Shown here: piece by piece, positions 18,497-28,134 of the stretch
Position numbering within the stretch: the first letter of the stretch is position 1
How the letters are laid out: each line of letters starts with the position of its first letter
Assembly (NCBI GenBank): GCA_049513715.1
Contig: JBEKVV010000002.1
Span: 160,001 to 224,000 of the forward strand
DNA length: 64,000 nucleotides
Direction of reading: 5' to 3'
Origin: Candidatus Bathyarchaeia archaeon
GTDB lineage: Archaea; Thermoproteota; Bathyarchaeia; 40CM-2-53-6
The notes under the pieces: model-generated
The model's input: the letters and a program-made list of their open reading frames with translations, nothing else
Told to the model about the DNA's origin: nothing
Databases searched by the model: none
Made by a program: the position numbers and the translations under genes

Positions 18497-20515
18497 TTAT
18501 GCGATGCCGGTCCGAACACGCGTGTAGACTCTTTCTGCGCCGTATGGTTTGAAGGCAGTTCCGCTCCCTGAGTAGAACTTGAGGAACCACTCTACCCAGT
18601 GAAGTCGAAGCGACTGCATGAAAACAAACGCCGTTTCTAGGATGAATATGAGCACGATGCTCAGGGCTGCGAAGAGTGCATACCCAATTGCGTCGCCGGC
18701 AATTGATCCCCATGCCACGAAGAACACTAGAACGCCTAGGAAGAGCCGGTAGAATACGTCCTCGATAAGTTTCATGGCCAGAATTCGCACGTAGGATATT
18801 GTGTGTGATAGCGACGCTAGAAGCGATTCGAAAGCGCTCATTCCGCCCATGGGGCCCTCAGCCCATATTTTCAACGCCACCATCGCAATCAGGGGGATAC
18901 CCATCCTAAGGAATATGTCAACCGTGTTGGCGGAGTTGAAGAGGTAGTTGGGGAATCTCAAGCCGTACTGTAGTAGCGTGATGCCGAAAGCGCCGTAGAA
19001 CCAGAGCCACACAACTGGTCCAGATATTAGCTCACGGTATTCGCGCACGTAGACCTTATTGATTATGTCGAGCACGAGGCCGGACATTATGTGAATCACT
19101 CCAATTGTGATGGATAGCCGGAGCATGAGTCGAATGTTGTCGAATGGTTCAAACCACAAAGGCCCGGGCAGGCCTGTTAATTGCTTGAACCATTCAATGT
19201 TTCCGAAAACCGTTCCGTATAGGAAACCGATGACCATTGCGGCGGCGCCACTGAATATCAGTAATCCTGAACCTTGAACGACCATGTTAAAGACGCTGCC
19301 CATTCCGCCATACGCCGTGTCTGATATGACGAGCCCTCGGCGTTTGTAATAGTAGATGATTGATGAGATTATCATAACTACGATGCCATTACCTACGTCC
19401 CCGAACATGAAACCGAAGAAAAGTGGGTAAGTGATAACCCAAAGAACTGTGGGGTCGATTTCGTCACTCTTCGGAATCCCAAAACCAACAGTGAGTTTTT
19501 GGAAGATGGAGACACGTTTCGGGTTATTCATCTGAGTCGGCCCATTCTTACCCGCCCAGTCCCTCATGATCACCTCGCCCTCGCACATCGTTTGAAGGTT
19601 CGAGCCGATCATTTTGACTTTGGATGTGGGCATCCATCCCTCAATCATGTAGGTTGATTCTGTTTTCCCGCAGTACCCTTTTGCCTGTTCAAACGCACGC
19701 TCGGCTGCAACAACCTCTCGATTGACTAAGAGGAATTCACTGTCTTTCTGGCTGATGTCGGCGAGTTTCGCCTTCAATAGCTCTAGGCGTCTCTTAGATT
19801 CCTCGATTCGGCTGGTCGGCTCATAGGAAAAGTGCTTGCTTTTCGAAATGGCCTTCAGTTTCAGGTTCAGGGTTTGTGTGATGGTGTCGGCGATGGCTGC
19901 TTCGTCGCGTTTCGTAGCCATGATTTTGACAACGTTATCCGCGATGTCATTCACGACCGCGTCTTCCAATGCCTTCGCTTGAATGATCTCATTCAGGACT
20001 CCGGCGGGCTTGATTTCGGAGGGTTTCAGAGTCTGGAAGATGCCTGATAGAATCTCTTCCAGCTTATGCCTCCCCTCAGGAGAATTTACGTCCTCGATTT
20101 CGGAGATTTCCTCAATGTTGATCTTGAGCTGTCGCTCGGCGTAAGTGATTAAAGATTCAAGTGCCTGCACCTCATTCGTCGCAGAGGCTACCTGCTGTTC
20201 GATCTCTGTCACTTTCTTCTCTACCGACGCGATCTCATCATCAGACATCCGGGCATTGACTTGAACTGGCTCGGCGTGAATCGGATCAATTCCCAATGAT
20301 GCGATTACTGAGCTGATCTTTGACTCGAGTGTGGTAAGGCGATAGAGTCTGTCCGAGACGTTGGCGGAGGTTACTCCTCCTCCATAACCCTTGATCATTT
20401 CTTTTACGTCGAGGAGCTCGAGGGTGTTTTGTTCACGGAGGTAGAGCATTGTGTCTTCGTATTTTCTTTGGGGGATGATTATTTCGACTCGTCTCATTCT
20501 TGTCGGTAGAAGCAA
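18497..20515 (-). CDS. atpI: A/V-type ATPase subunit I (a), stand-alone
   Basis: DPT...FFGFMFGDVG, SYVRILA essential Arg, LRLHWVEWFLKFY. Confidence 0.93.
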   Translation of the reverse strand: MLLPTRMRRVEIIIPQRKYEDTMLYLREQNTLELLDVKEMIKGYGGGVTSANVSDRLYRLTTLESKISSVIASLGIDPIHAEPVQVNARMSDDEIASVEKKVTEIEQQVASATNEVQALESLITYAERQLKINIEEISEIEDVNSPEGRHKLEEILSGIFQTLKPSEIKPAGVLNEIIQAKALEDAVVNDIADNVVKIMATKRDEAAIADTITQTLNLKLKAISKSKHFSYEPTSRIEESKRRLELLKAKLADISQKDSEFLLVNREVVAAERAFEQAKGYCGKTESTYMIEGWMPTSKVKMIGSNLQTMCEGEVIMRDWAGKNGPTQMNNPKRVSIFQKLTVGFGIPKSDEIDPTVLWVITYPLFFGFMFGDVGNGIVVMIISSIIYYYKRRGLVISDTAYGGMGSVFNMVVQGSGLLIFSGAAAMVIGFLYGTVFGNIEWFKQLTGLPGPLWFEPFDNIRLMLRLSITIGVIHIMSGLVLDIINKVYVREYRELISGPVVWLWFYGAFGITLLQYGLRFPNYLFNSANTVDIFLRMGIPLIAMVALKIWAEGPMGGMSAFESLLASLSHTISYVRILAMKLIEDVFYRLFLGVLVFFVAWGSIAGDAIGYALFAALSIVLIFILETAFVFMQSLRLHWVEWFLKFYSGSGTAFKPYGAERVYTRVRTGIA

Positions 20516-20545
20516 TTTGGTGAATCTCCTGAGTTCTTTGAGAGA

Positions 20546-21721
20546 CTATTCGGTTGTTTCGGGTGCTTCCCTCTCACGGTCTCTGCGGCGGCTTTGTTTT
20601 TGGGTCATTAATCGTTTAAGCCTGTCCGTTATTAAATCGTACACCGCGGGAAGATCCCAGCCTTCTTCTGAATAGGTGTACGAATCCGTTGATGTCCTAA
20701 TGTGCACGTTCACCTCGTATCTTCCCCGTTCCTTTCCAGGCTTTGTGAACTTGGATTTTATCACCGATCTTGCTTCGAGAATGTCCGGAAAGATTCGGTG
20801 CAAATGATTAATTGTTCGTTTGAATTTGGCCTTGGTCGCTTCTGCTTCAAACGGGTCATCGGGTAGCCCCACCATGAAAACTGGAACCTCTGTATTGGGC
20901 TCCGGCTCCGCGAGCAGAGTCATGAAGTCCCGGTGGGTTGCGATTTCCTGTATCTCCTCCCACTGGGTGACCAGAATATACGTTCTTGCGCTCTTCAGCA
21001 TGCTCTCTAGAGCCTGTTCTACGCTCGTTTCTGGGGTGCATGTCAATGGAGTCAAGTCCATAGCATTGCCGACGGGAAAGTCCAAGGGTCCCCGTGTTTC
21101 GGGCCTTATCGATTTGGGCCCCATCCTCTTTGACTGGGCCATTCGCATTACAACGTCTGTCGAGGTCAGCATCCCCGCCAACCGTCCAGTTCGTGTCACG
21201 GGGAGGTGGTCGACGCGTTTTCGAACCATCAGGTCCCTAGCCTTGGCGGCCGATGCTTCCGCATCTATGGTGAACGGCTTCTTGGTCGCAATGGATGTGA
21301 CCCGCAAATCCTGCCCGAGCTTTCCCTTCAATTGCTGAAGCAGCTCTATGCTGTTCACTTGGCCGATGATTTTGTGTTCGTCCGAAACGGGAACTGCCCT
21401 GATTCGGTAGTCTGACATCAACCTCGCGGCCTCTCCGATGACAGCTTCCTTTCTCAGAACCGGCACGTATGACATTAAGTCTGGCAGTTTTGTGGTCTCA
21501 ATACTCGTCCGCAGAACGTTTCGGGCTGAGATCACTCCGCACCTGTTGCTTTCAGGAAAGAATACCTCGTAATTGCCCCGTTCAGATAGTAAACCGATGA
21601 CCTTGGAGAGGTGGCTGTCCGGGCGGGTCTGTATGAGCTCTGAAACGAAGGGCTCAATTGGTTGCTCTCGTAAAGCCTCCACGTACTTCGGCAACCTTGT
21701 GACAGGCAAAGCAGACCTCAT
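20546..21721 (-). CDS. Four-CBS protein with C-terminal HPF/RaiA-like domain (putative ribosome hibernation factor)
   Basis: CBS motifs (IRAVPV, VDHLPV..GMLTSTD); C-terminal GRYEVNVHI...EEGWDLPAVYDLITDRLKR. Confidence 0.75.
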   Translation of the reverse strand: MRSALPVTRLPKYVEALREQPIEPFVSELIQTRPDSHLSKVIGLLSERGNYEVFFPESNRCGVISARNVLRTSIETTKLPDLMSYVPVLRKEAVIGEAARLMSDYRIRAVPVSDEHKIIGQVNSIELLQQLKGKLGQDLRVTSIATKKPFTIDAEASAAKARDLMVRKRVDHLPVTRTGRLAGMLTSTDVVMRMAQSKRMGPKSIRPETRGPLDFPVGNAMDLTPLTCTPETSVEQALESMLKSARTYILVTQWEEIQEIATHRDFMTLLAEPEPNTEVPVFMVGLPDDPFEAEATKAKFKRTINHLHRIFPDILEARSVIKSKFTKPGKERGRYEVNVHIRTSTDSYTYSEEGWDLPAVYDLITDRLKRLMTQKQSRRRDREREAPETTE

Positions 21722-21739
21722 TCCATGCTATTGATTCGC

Positions 21740-23203
21740 TCAGCTTCCTCCTGAAAGACCGTGTTCCCTCAAATATGTTCCGTAGTAGATCAGCGCCCAG
21801 AGGGCCCGGGAGGCCCTTTCGGGGACCGAGTACGATGGTACTCCTCGCTTCTCGAAGGCGGATCGCATAGCTTCAGCCATCTCGGTTCCACCCATGTCAC
21901 AGACCGTGACTGGTTTCTTGTATCTTGGCAGCGTTTCCGCTATAACCCCAACCGCATCATCCAGAATCGTTGGGGCGTGATGAAGTGCGATTACTACGGC
22001 CCCCCCGATTTCAGGATCCTCCAAAATCGTAGACAACGCCAACGAAAACATTTCACTTGAAGCTTCAGCGGACAAGTCCATCGGATTGAAACCTGAAAGT
22101 ACGGGTAGGAGAAGATTCTTGGCCTTGTAATCGGCGAATTTAGACAGGATGCGTTCCGGGAACTTGTCCACCCTGAGGCCTGAGCTTTCTAGAGCGTCTG
22201 CAGCTATGATTCCCGGCCCTCCGGCGTTGGTCAAAACTGCCACGGATTTCGAGTAGCCTGGTGGCTGTAACGTTAGGGCCCGCCCGAAATCAAAGAGTTC
22301 CTCAACGTCATGGACCCTGATTATGCCTGCCTGCCTGAATGCACCATCGTAAATCGCATCCATTCCAGCTAAGGCGGCTGTGTGCGAAGTGGCTGCTCTG
22401 GTTCCGGCAGTTGTTTTGCCTGACTTCAAAGCCACAACAGGTTTTTTCGCTGAGGTGGTCTTTGCTTTCTCGATGAATTCCCTGGCTTTCGCCAAGCCTT
22501 CCACATACATTAGAATGACAGCAGTCTTATCGTCCTGCCCGAAATACTCGAGCAATTCGTCCTCGGTTACGTCGCATCGGTTTCCGTAGCTCACGAAACC
22601 TCGTATTCCCATCCCGTGGCCTGCCATGTAGTCAAGTGCGGCTGCGCCGAACGCGCCGCTCTGCGTGAGAAATGAAACCGACCCTGGCCTTGGCCTTGGG
22701 GTTGCTACCACTTCGCGTCCATCTGAGAGGAACTTCGTTTCTGGCAGAAACAGAGTATCTATTCCCGTGTAAGCGTCGTAGATTCCTAGGCAATTCGGCC
22801 CGATTATTCTCACATCGTACTTTCTAGCTATGTCTACTATTTGGTGTTCGAGTTCGTGGTTTCCGATCTCTGCGAAGCCGGAAGAGATTACGATCGCTGC
22901 CTTGGCCCCCGCTTTCCCAGCGTCATCAATGACGCCCGGGACTAGGTGTGCAGCGACAGCCACAAGAACTGTCTCAACGGGTTTTGAGATCGCTGAAACG
23001 GTAGGATAGCATTTGTCACCGAGGATTTCGGTGTGGTTGGGGTTTACTAGGTAGACTTGGCCTTTGAAGAGACCTCTATTCCTGTTCGTAACCATGTTTT
23101 GGGCCATTACGTAGCCGATTCGGCTCGGCGTAGATGAAGCCCCAACTATTGCCAGGGATTTTGGTTCGAAGAACGAGTCTAGGCGACTACCTTCTTTAGG
23201 TAT
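21740..23203 (-). CDS. acdA: ADP-forming acyl-CoA synthetase alpha subunit
   Basis: LDSFFEPKSLAIVGAS (upstream of the track's start), IIGPNCLG, TQSGA, SHTAALAG phospho-His, TNAGGPG; proposed ATA start at 23203 is inferred. Confidence 0.92.
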   Translation of the reverse strand: MPKEGSRLDSFFEPKSLAIVGASSTPSRIGYVMAQNMVTNRNRGLFKGQVYLVNPNHTEILGDKCYPTVSAISKPVETVLVAVAAHLVPGVIDDAGKAGAKAAIVISSGFAEIGNHELEHQIVDIARKYDVRIIGPNCLGIYDAYTGIDTLFLPETKFLSDGREVVATPRPRPGSVSFLTQSGAFGAAALDYMAGHGMGIRGFVSYGNRCDVTEDELLEYFGQDDKTAVILMYVEGLAKAREFIEKAKTTSAKKPVVALKSGKTTAGTRAATSHTAALAGMDAIYDGAFRQAGIIRVHDVEELFDFGRALTLQPPGYSKSVAVLTNAGGPGIIAADALESSGLRVDKFPERILSKFADYKAKNLLLPVLSGFNPMDLSAEASSEMFSLALSTILEDPEIGGAVVIALHHAPTILDDAVGVIAETLPRYKKPVTVCDMGGTEMAEAMRSAFEKRGVPSYSVPERASRALWALIYYGTYLREHGLSGGS

Positions 23204-24273
23204 TGAATGTCTCCCCCGCTTTTCCGCTCTTTCCAGAATTGACAGACTGCGTTGTTGCTTTCAAGATAGCGGTTCATGGCGACCTCGGAGACCATTTGAG
23301 CAGAGCGGGAGATTTCCGCGAGATTCCACACGACCCCCCTGAGGGCTAGTGCGACTTTGCGGTCCTGAACATTCACGACGACTTCCTCTGTGAGGGTCTT
23401 TTCCATCTCCTCAATGTGTCTGGTTCGTTCAATGACCCGATTTGCGAGGTCGACGTCGAGCACGCTTAGGGCATCCATGGCGCCTTTGGCGATTGCTAGG
23501 GATTCGACGCCGAACTTGCAGACGTCATCGATCGTTGCGGAGAATTGTGTGTACTTTTCGTCTGCCAGGGACAGTATGAGATTTGCAATAGACTCGCTGC
23601 AATCCGCCATCTCTTCTAGGTATTTCGAGACAGCTCTGTAACCGATAGCATGCGTCGCAGATTCTATCCCAACGTGTCGTGACAACGGGATCTTTGAGAC
23701 GGCGCGGAATATTTGCCGCAGAATAAGCCAATAGAGCCTATCTGCTTCATTCTCGAGTTCCAAGACCTCTAGGGCCAGTGAGAACTTCCTATCCGTCAGG
23801 GCCTGCATCGCTGTCTCTAGCATTGAGACTGCGACTTTGTGCAGCCGTCCAAGGAGTCCCGTGATCGGGAATTTTGTGGGGTCCAAGAAGCATTGAATCA
23901 CTGCTTCCTTCGGAGTCTGCTCTACTATTCCCAGCCCGCTCAGCCTTCGAGTGGAATCGCGGATTTCCGCGAGTTGTTCGGGGGTAAGTTCGTTGGAGGA
24001 AGAGATTATGATTGTGTCGCGGCCGAGGATGTAATTCCCTGTAATCATTCTCTCTAGGAGTTCGCGGTCTTTGCATGCGTCTGCGTTGATCTTGCAGACA
24101 GTCATCTCCTCGGATTCCATTTCGCTGCCAGGGGTTACGACTAGCTCGCCGAATTCGGAGAGGCGAAGTGTGACTACGCCTCCTTGCTTTAACCCCACTT
24201 GCCTAACCCAATCTCTTGGTAGTGATACGGTTAATGTCGAGTGGCCGACTCTCTGGACCTTTCTAATCTCCAA
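23179..24273 (-). CDS. AbrB/SpoVT-PhoU fusion regulator, paralog 1
   Basis: RKVQRVGHSTLTVSLPRDWV; PhoU repeats ENEADRLYWL, YLEEMAD. Confidence 0.88.
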   Translation of the reverse strand: MEIRKVQRVGHSTLTVSLPRDWVRQVGLKQGGVVTLRLSEFGELVVTPGSEMESEEMTVCKINADACKDRELLERMITGNYILGRDTIIISSSNELTPEQLAEIRDSTRRLSGLGIVEQTPKEAVIQCFLDPTKFPITGLLGRLHKVAVSMLETAMQALTDRKFSLALEVLELENEADRLYWLILRQIFRAVSKIPLSRHVGIESATHAIGYRAVSKYLEEMADCSESIANLILSLADEKYTQFSATIDDVCKFGVESLAIAKGAMDALSVLDVDLANRVIERTRHIEEMEKTLTEEVVVNVQDRKVALALRGVVWNLAEISRSAQMVSEVAMNRYLESNNAVCQFWKERKSGGDIQYLKKVVA

Positions 24274-24427
24274 TATTTTTTCACTTTGACGTGAGGCCTA
24301 GTAGATGTCTAGTGCCGAACTAGGCTGGGGTGGGTAGTGCTGTTATATATTTCGACGGCATTCTATATAGAGAAAGCACGACACGAATCACGCAACCAAA
24401 CAAGCATGAACTTTTGGTACCTCTAAA

Positions 24428-24826
24428 TCATTGAACTTCCGCTTTAGCCTCTGAAGGAAGCACCATCCGAACCTTTGTTATTACGCACTCATCACCCCCT
24501 TCGATAGCGAGGGGGTTTCCGCACTTTGGGCACTCCAATCGCGGCAGCCCGTAGTGGAACAGCGGTGGATCCTCAGGATTGAACTCCTCTCGGTAATTGC
24601 AGGTTGAACAGTGAACAGTGCCATTGGTTTCCTCCGTAATCAGCCTCGAGCCCTCCAACACTGTTCCTTTCGCAAGGATCTCGTAGGAGAACTTCACCTG
24701 CTCGACCGATAGTGCTCTGAGCTTCCCGACTTTCAGGTGGACTTCCAGCACCTGCTTCGGGCCCTGCTGCTTAACCAAGTCTAGTAGTGCTTCGACCAGG
24801 TATGTTGTGATTGTGAATTCATGCAT
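24428..24826 (-). CDS. hypA: Hydrogenase nickel metallochaperone HypA
   Basis: MHE N-terminus (ATG at 24826), VGKL, CxxC...CPKCG, GGDECVI. Confidence 0.93.
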   Translation of the reverse strand: MHEFTITTYLVEALLDLVKQQGPKQVLEVHLKVGKLRALSVEQVKFSYEILAKGTVLEGSRLITEETNGTVHCSTCNYREEFNPEDPPLFHYGLPRLECPKCGNPLAIEGGDECVITKVRMVLPSEAKAEVQ

Positions 24827-24844
24827 GCGATGCGCCATCTATGC

Positions 24845-25528
24845 CTAGCTCAGGCCGAGATGCTTGATGACCTCGTCCACCCCTAGCCCGGTTTTGCAGC
24901 TCGTCGGAACTGCTTTTGCTTTAGGGTTGAGTCTTGCAATGTCATCCATCAACTTCTCAGGTTTCACATCCATGGCCTCTGCAAGGTCGACCTTGTTTAT
25001 TGCAACTACGTTTGCGCCCAAAAAAATCATGGGGTGCTTGAGTACCATGTACGGCCCCTCGGTTACGCTGATGACGACTAGGCGTTTGTCAGCTCCTAAC
25101 GGGAATTCGGAGGGGCAGATGAGGTTTCCAACGTTTTCGATGAAGATAAGATCGAGCTTGTCCAATGGGATCTTGTCCAGTGCTTTCTTGATGAGGTTTG
25201 CGTCCAAGTGGCACTCTTTGCCCGTGTTTACTTGAACTGTGGGCACGCCCTCCTCAGCGATGATGTCGGCGTCTATGGTGGTTGTGACGTCCCCTTCAAT
25301 CACTGCCAACCGATGCTTCTTCTTCAACCGAGAAACAACCGCTTTGATTAGCGAGGTTTTTCCAGAACCCACTGACCCCATTACATCGATGGCGTGAACC
25401 CCGTGGGATTCGAGGCGTTCTTTGTTCTCGTTTGCCAAGCGTTGATTCTCTCTTAGAATATTGATTTCGAGCTCGACATCGTATACTTCGCCTTCGGAGG
25501 CGGTGATGACGTCAGTTAGTTTGGTCAA
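24845..25528 (-). CDS. hypB: Hydrogenase nickel incorporation GTPase HypB
   Basis: GSVGSGKTS, VIEGD, TGKECHLDA, IENVGNLICP, INKVD; TTG start at 25528 inferred. Confidence 0.95.
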   Translation of the reverse strand: MTKLTDVITASEGEVYDVELEINILRENQRLANENKERLESHGVHAIDVMGSVGSGKTSLIKAVVSRLKKKHRLAVIEGDVTTTIDADIIAEEGVPTVQVNTGKECHLDANLIKKALDKIPLDKLDLIFIENVGNLICPSEFPLGADKRLVVISVTEGPYMVLKHPMIFLGANVVAINKVDLAEAMDVKPEKLMDDIARLNPKAKAVPTSCKTGLGVDEVIKHLGLS

Positions 25529-25701
25529 TGTGATCACGATTCGGAAGTCCGTCGTCCTCGTTATGAACGTGATTGCTGGTTTCCTCAGCAATGGGGCATC
25601 GAGGATATATTGGTCGAGGAGTTGGCTTCATCCCATTTGTGGGTATGGCGTCACAAACATATAGCTATGACATATGAAATGTTTTGTGGGATGCAGTCGA
25701 C

Positions 25702-25941
25702 GTGTGCCTCAGCTTTCCAGGAAAAATAATGGAAATCAACGGGGAACTGGCCACGGTCGACTATGGTGAAGACGGCGTTAGGAAAAACGTTAACGTATCT
25801 CTCGTGGAAGCTCAGCTCGGAAGCTACGTTCTCGTTCAAGGAGGATTCGCCATTAGAGTCCTTCCCGAAAAGGAAGCCCTAGAGACGCTTGAGACTTGGA
25901 AGATGGTTCGAGAACTGCAAAACTCGCCGGAGGTGCCTTAG
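25702..25941 (+). CDS. hypC: HypC/HupF hydrogenase chaperone (His-to-Gln variant)
   Basis: GTG at 25702 gives MCLSFPGK; GSYVLVQGGFAI. Confidence 0.9.
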   Translation: MCLSFPGKIMEINGELATVDYGEDGVRKNVNVSLVEAQLGSYVLVQGGFAIRVLPEKEALETLETWKMVRELQNSPEVP

Positions 25942-25943
25942 AA

Positions 25944-26720
25944 TTGCCGTCTCGAACGGACGGAGCGATTCTAGCCGCACGTCACAGTTTCATGCCCAAC
26001 CGCCTCGGCTATTGCGGCCCGGATGAGAATGATGTCTTGCTCGATGCCTGCGTAAACAACCGCAGCAGCAAACCGCTAATCGAGGCCCTGAAGGGGTTCC
26101 AGGCTGCGTTTCCTTACCTGAAATTCATCGCCCAATCTCTGGGCATAGATGATCCATTCAACTACCGGGTAGTTGAGGCGTACTGGATTGGCAATGATGC
26201 CCTGCAAAGGATACCGCTGGACGGGTTCTATGATCACTTGAGGGAGCGATTGAAGGCCAAGTTCACGAAGGAGCAGGTCAAGAAACTCTTCGAAGCACAA
26301 CCATACGCACCGTTCCCCCATCACGCATTGCACGTCTTCAACGCATTCTCCACAATGGGTACGGTTCCGGACTCGTTTGCAACTGGGACTGGACCCGACG
26401 ACACAGTTGGGAAGATGATGGATAAGTGCAAAATCTCTTGGGGAAGAATTATCGGCCCCGATGATAAGGGCAATTTGATCGTAGAATACGAACCCGTAGA
26501 ACGACATGACGGGAAGCTGTCATTGGGTCAGCCCGCTAAAGCGAAAGTCGCATTCGAGGCCCAAGGCCGAAGCTTCGTCAACGGCGCGAAGCCTGGTGAT
26601 TGGATTTCATTCCACTGGGGCTTTGCTTGCACAACTCTTACCCCGTTGCAAGTAGCTAATTTGAGGAAATACACTTTAGCCGACATGGCTCTATCAAACA
26701 GAGTTCCCATCCATCAGTAA
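25944..26720 (+). CDS. DUF6390-like protein with C-terminal HypC-like motif
   Basis: FMPNRLGYCGP, FPYL..IA, VVEAYWIGN, PHH..HV, GDWISFHWG; TTG at 25944 after SD ggaggtg. Confidence 0.75.
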   Translation: MPSRTDGAILAARHSFMPNRLGYCGPDENDVLLDACVNNRSSKPLIEALKGFQAAFPYLKFIAQSLGIDDPFNYRVVEAYWIGNDALQRIPLDGFYDHLRERLKAKFTKEQVKKLFEAQPYAPFPHHALHVFNAFSTMGTVPDSFATGTGPDDTVGKMMDKCKISWGRIIGPDDKGNLIVEYEPVERHDGKLSLGQPAKAKVAFEAQGRSFVNGAKPGDWISFHWGFACTTLTPLQVANLRKYTLADMALSNRVPIHQ

Positions 26721-26744
26721 ACCGAATTCGGTGGGTTTCGAAAA

Positions 26745-27968
26745 ATGTCTTTGCGTAACCGTTGGGCAATTGCCACGTTGACCAGTGCTGGCGTCTTCGT
26801 TACCTACATGCTTCGCTTCAATATTTCACCGATTGGGCAGCTAATCTCAACGGACCTTCATCTTTCTGATTTTGAGCTGGGACTAGTTCTGTCTGGGTCG
26901 CTTTGGATTTACACTCTCATGCAGCCTGTTGCAGGCCTGATTACGGATCGGTATGGAGCGAAGCTGAGTCTCCTCTTCGGAGGGATGGCCACGTCGGTTC
27001 TAACGGTAGCTTCCGGTTTTGCAGGTTCATTTTACGCGCTCCTCGGTATGCGAGTTATCATTGGGGCGACGCAGGCCCCGAATTTTGTCACTGGTGCGAG
27101 CGTAACCTCTTCCGAATGGTTCAATAAGAGTCAGAAAGCTCGTGCTACTTCAATTTGGATTTCTGGCGGACGATTCGGCCAGGTGTTGACGCTACCTTTC
27201 GCAGCTTGGTTAGGGGTGGTCTATGGTTGGCAGTGGGCTTTCTTTGTGACGGGGTTGTTCGGAATCGCTTGGTGCACTGCCTGGTACATTGGGTTCCAAA
27301 ACAACCCTCCAGAGTCGTCACGAAGAAAAGAAGGGCCCGCGAGGAAGAGCCTAAGCATTCGCCAAAGTCTTCTCGCTGTACTTACCCCGTTAGGGTTTGG
27401 GTTCGCGTTGGCTAGCTTCGGCCAGGGCTACGTGGCATATTATCTGAACCTGTGGTTGCCCACGTACTTGGTAAGGCAGCAGAAGTTCACGATACTTAAT
27501 GCTGGAATCTTCTCGACCCTGCCATTCATTGCGCTTGTGGTCACGTTACTTCTCATAGGTGGGGTTGCTTCCGATTATGTTGTGAAACGCGGTGCCTCAC
27601 CCGTGGGGTTTCGGCGGAATCTTTTCTCAGTCGGCATGGTATTGACGGCGATCATGCTTTTCGCCTCTGCCTACGCTCCGGACCCGTACACTGCTGTGGC
27701 CGCAATCAGCGTAGCAGGCGCGTGTTTGGGTTTCTCGACGCCATCTTTGTGGGTGGCGATGGTTGAGTCAACTCCGAGGGAAGTGACCGGGGCGATGGGA
27801 GGGATTCAGAACCTTGGTGGTAATCTTGCCGGGATTGTGGTTTCTATTTTGACGGGATATCTTTTGCAAGTTACGAAGAGTTTCTTCTTGGCCTTGCTCG
27901 CGGGTGCGGGCGTGGCGTTGCTTGGCGCGGTGGCGGCATTTGTGCTGATCAGGCCGAGGAAGAAATGA
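26745..27968 (+). CDS. MFS transporter (ACS/sugar-acid-like)
   Basis: About 12 TM segments; AGLITDRYGAK, YGWQWAFFVTG, WLPTYL, GGIQNLGGNLAG. Confidence 0.9.
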   Translation: MSLRNRWAIATLTSAGVFVTYMLRFNISPIGQLISTDLHLSDFELGLVLSGSLWIYTLMQPVAGLITDRYGAKLSLLFGGMATSVLTVASGFAGSFYALLGMRVIIGATQAPNFVTGASVTSSEWFNKSQKARATSIWISGGRFGQVLTLPFAAWLGVVYGWQWAFFVTGLFGIAWCTAWYIGFQNNPPESSRRKEGPARKSLSIRQSLLAVLTPLGFGFALASFGQGYVAYYLNLWLPTYLVRQQKFTILNAGIFSTLPFIALVVTLLLIGGVASDYVVKRGASPVGFRRNLFSVGMVLTAIMLFASAYAPDPYTAVAAISVAGACLGFSTPSLWVAMVESTPREVTGAMGGIQNLGGNLAGIVVSILTGYLLQVTKSFFLALLAGAGVALLGAVAAFVLIRPRKK

Positions 27969-28134
27969 GCCTTCAAGTGAACATCCAAGCGGTTTGCTGC
28001 GAAATCGTTGATTTGACTGACCGAATGTAGATGTCACGTTGTCGGCAGATGTAGTAGATCGGTAGCTATTTTATATAGAATACCAACAGAACTCCTAAGA
28101 GTAATTACATTCGGTTCTCTCGGATGGCGAGCGT

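Noticed and set aside
18137..18713. Short ORFs between trmB and atpI
   Set aside because: No recognisable features; they overlap each other and the flanking genes
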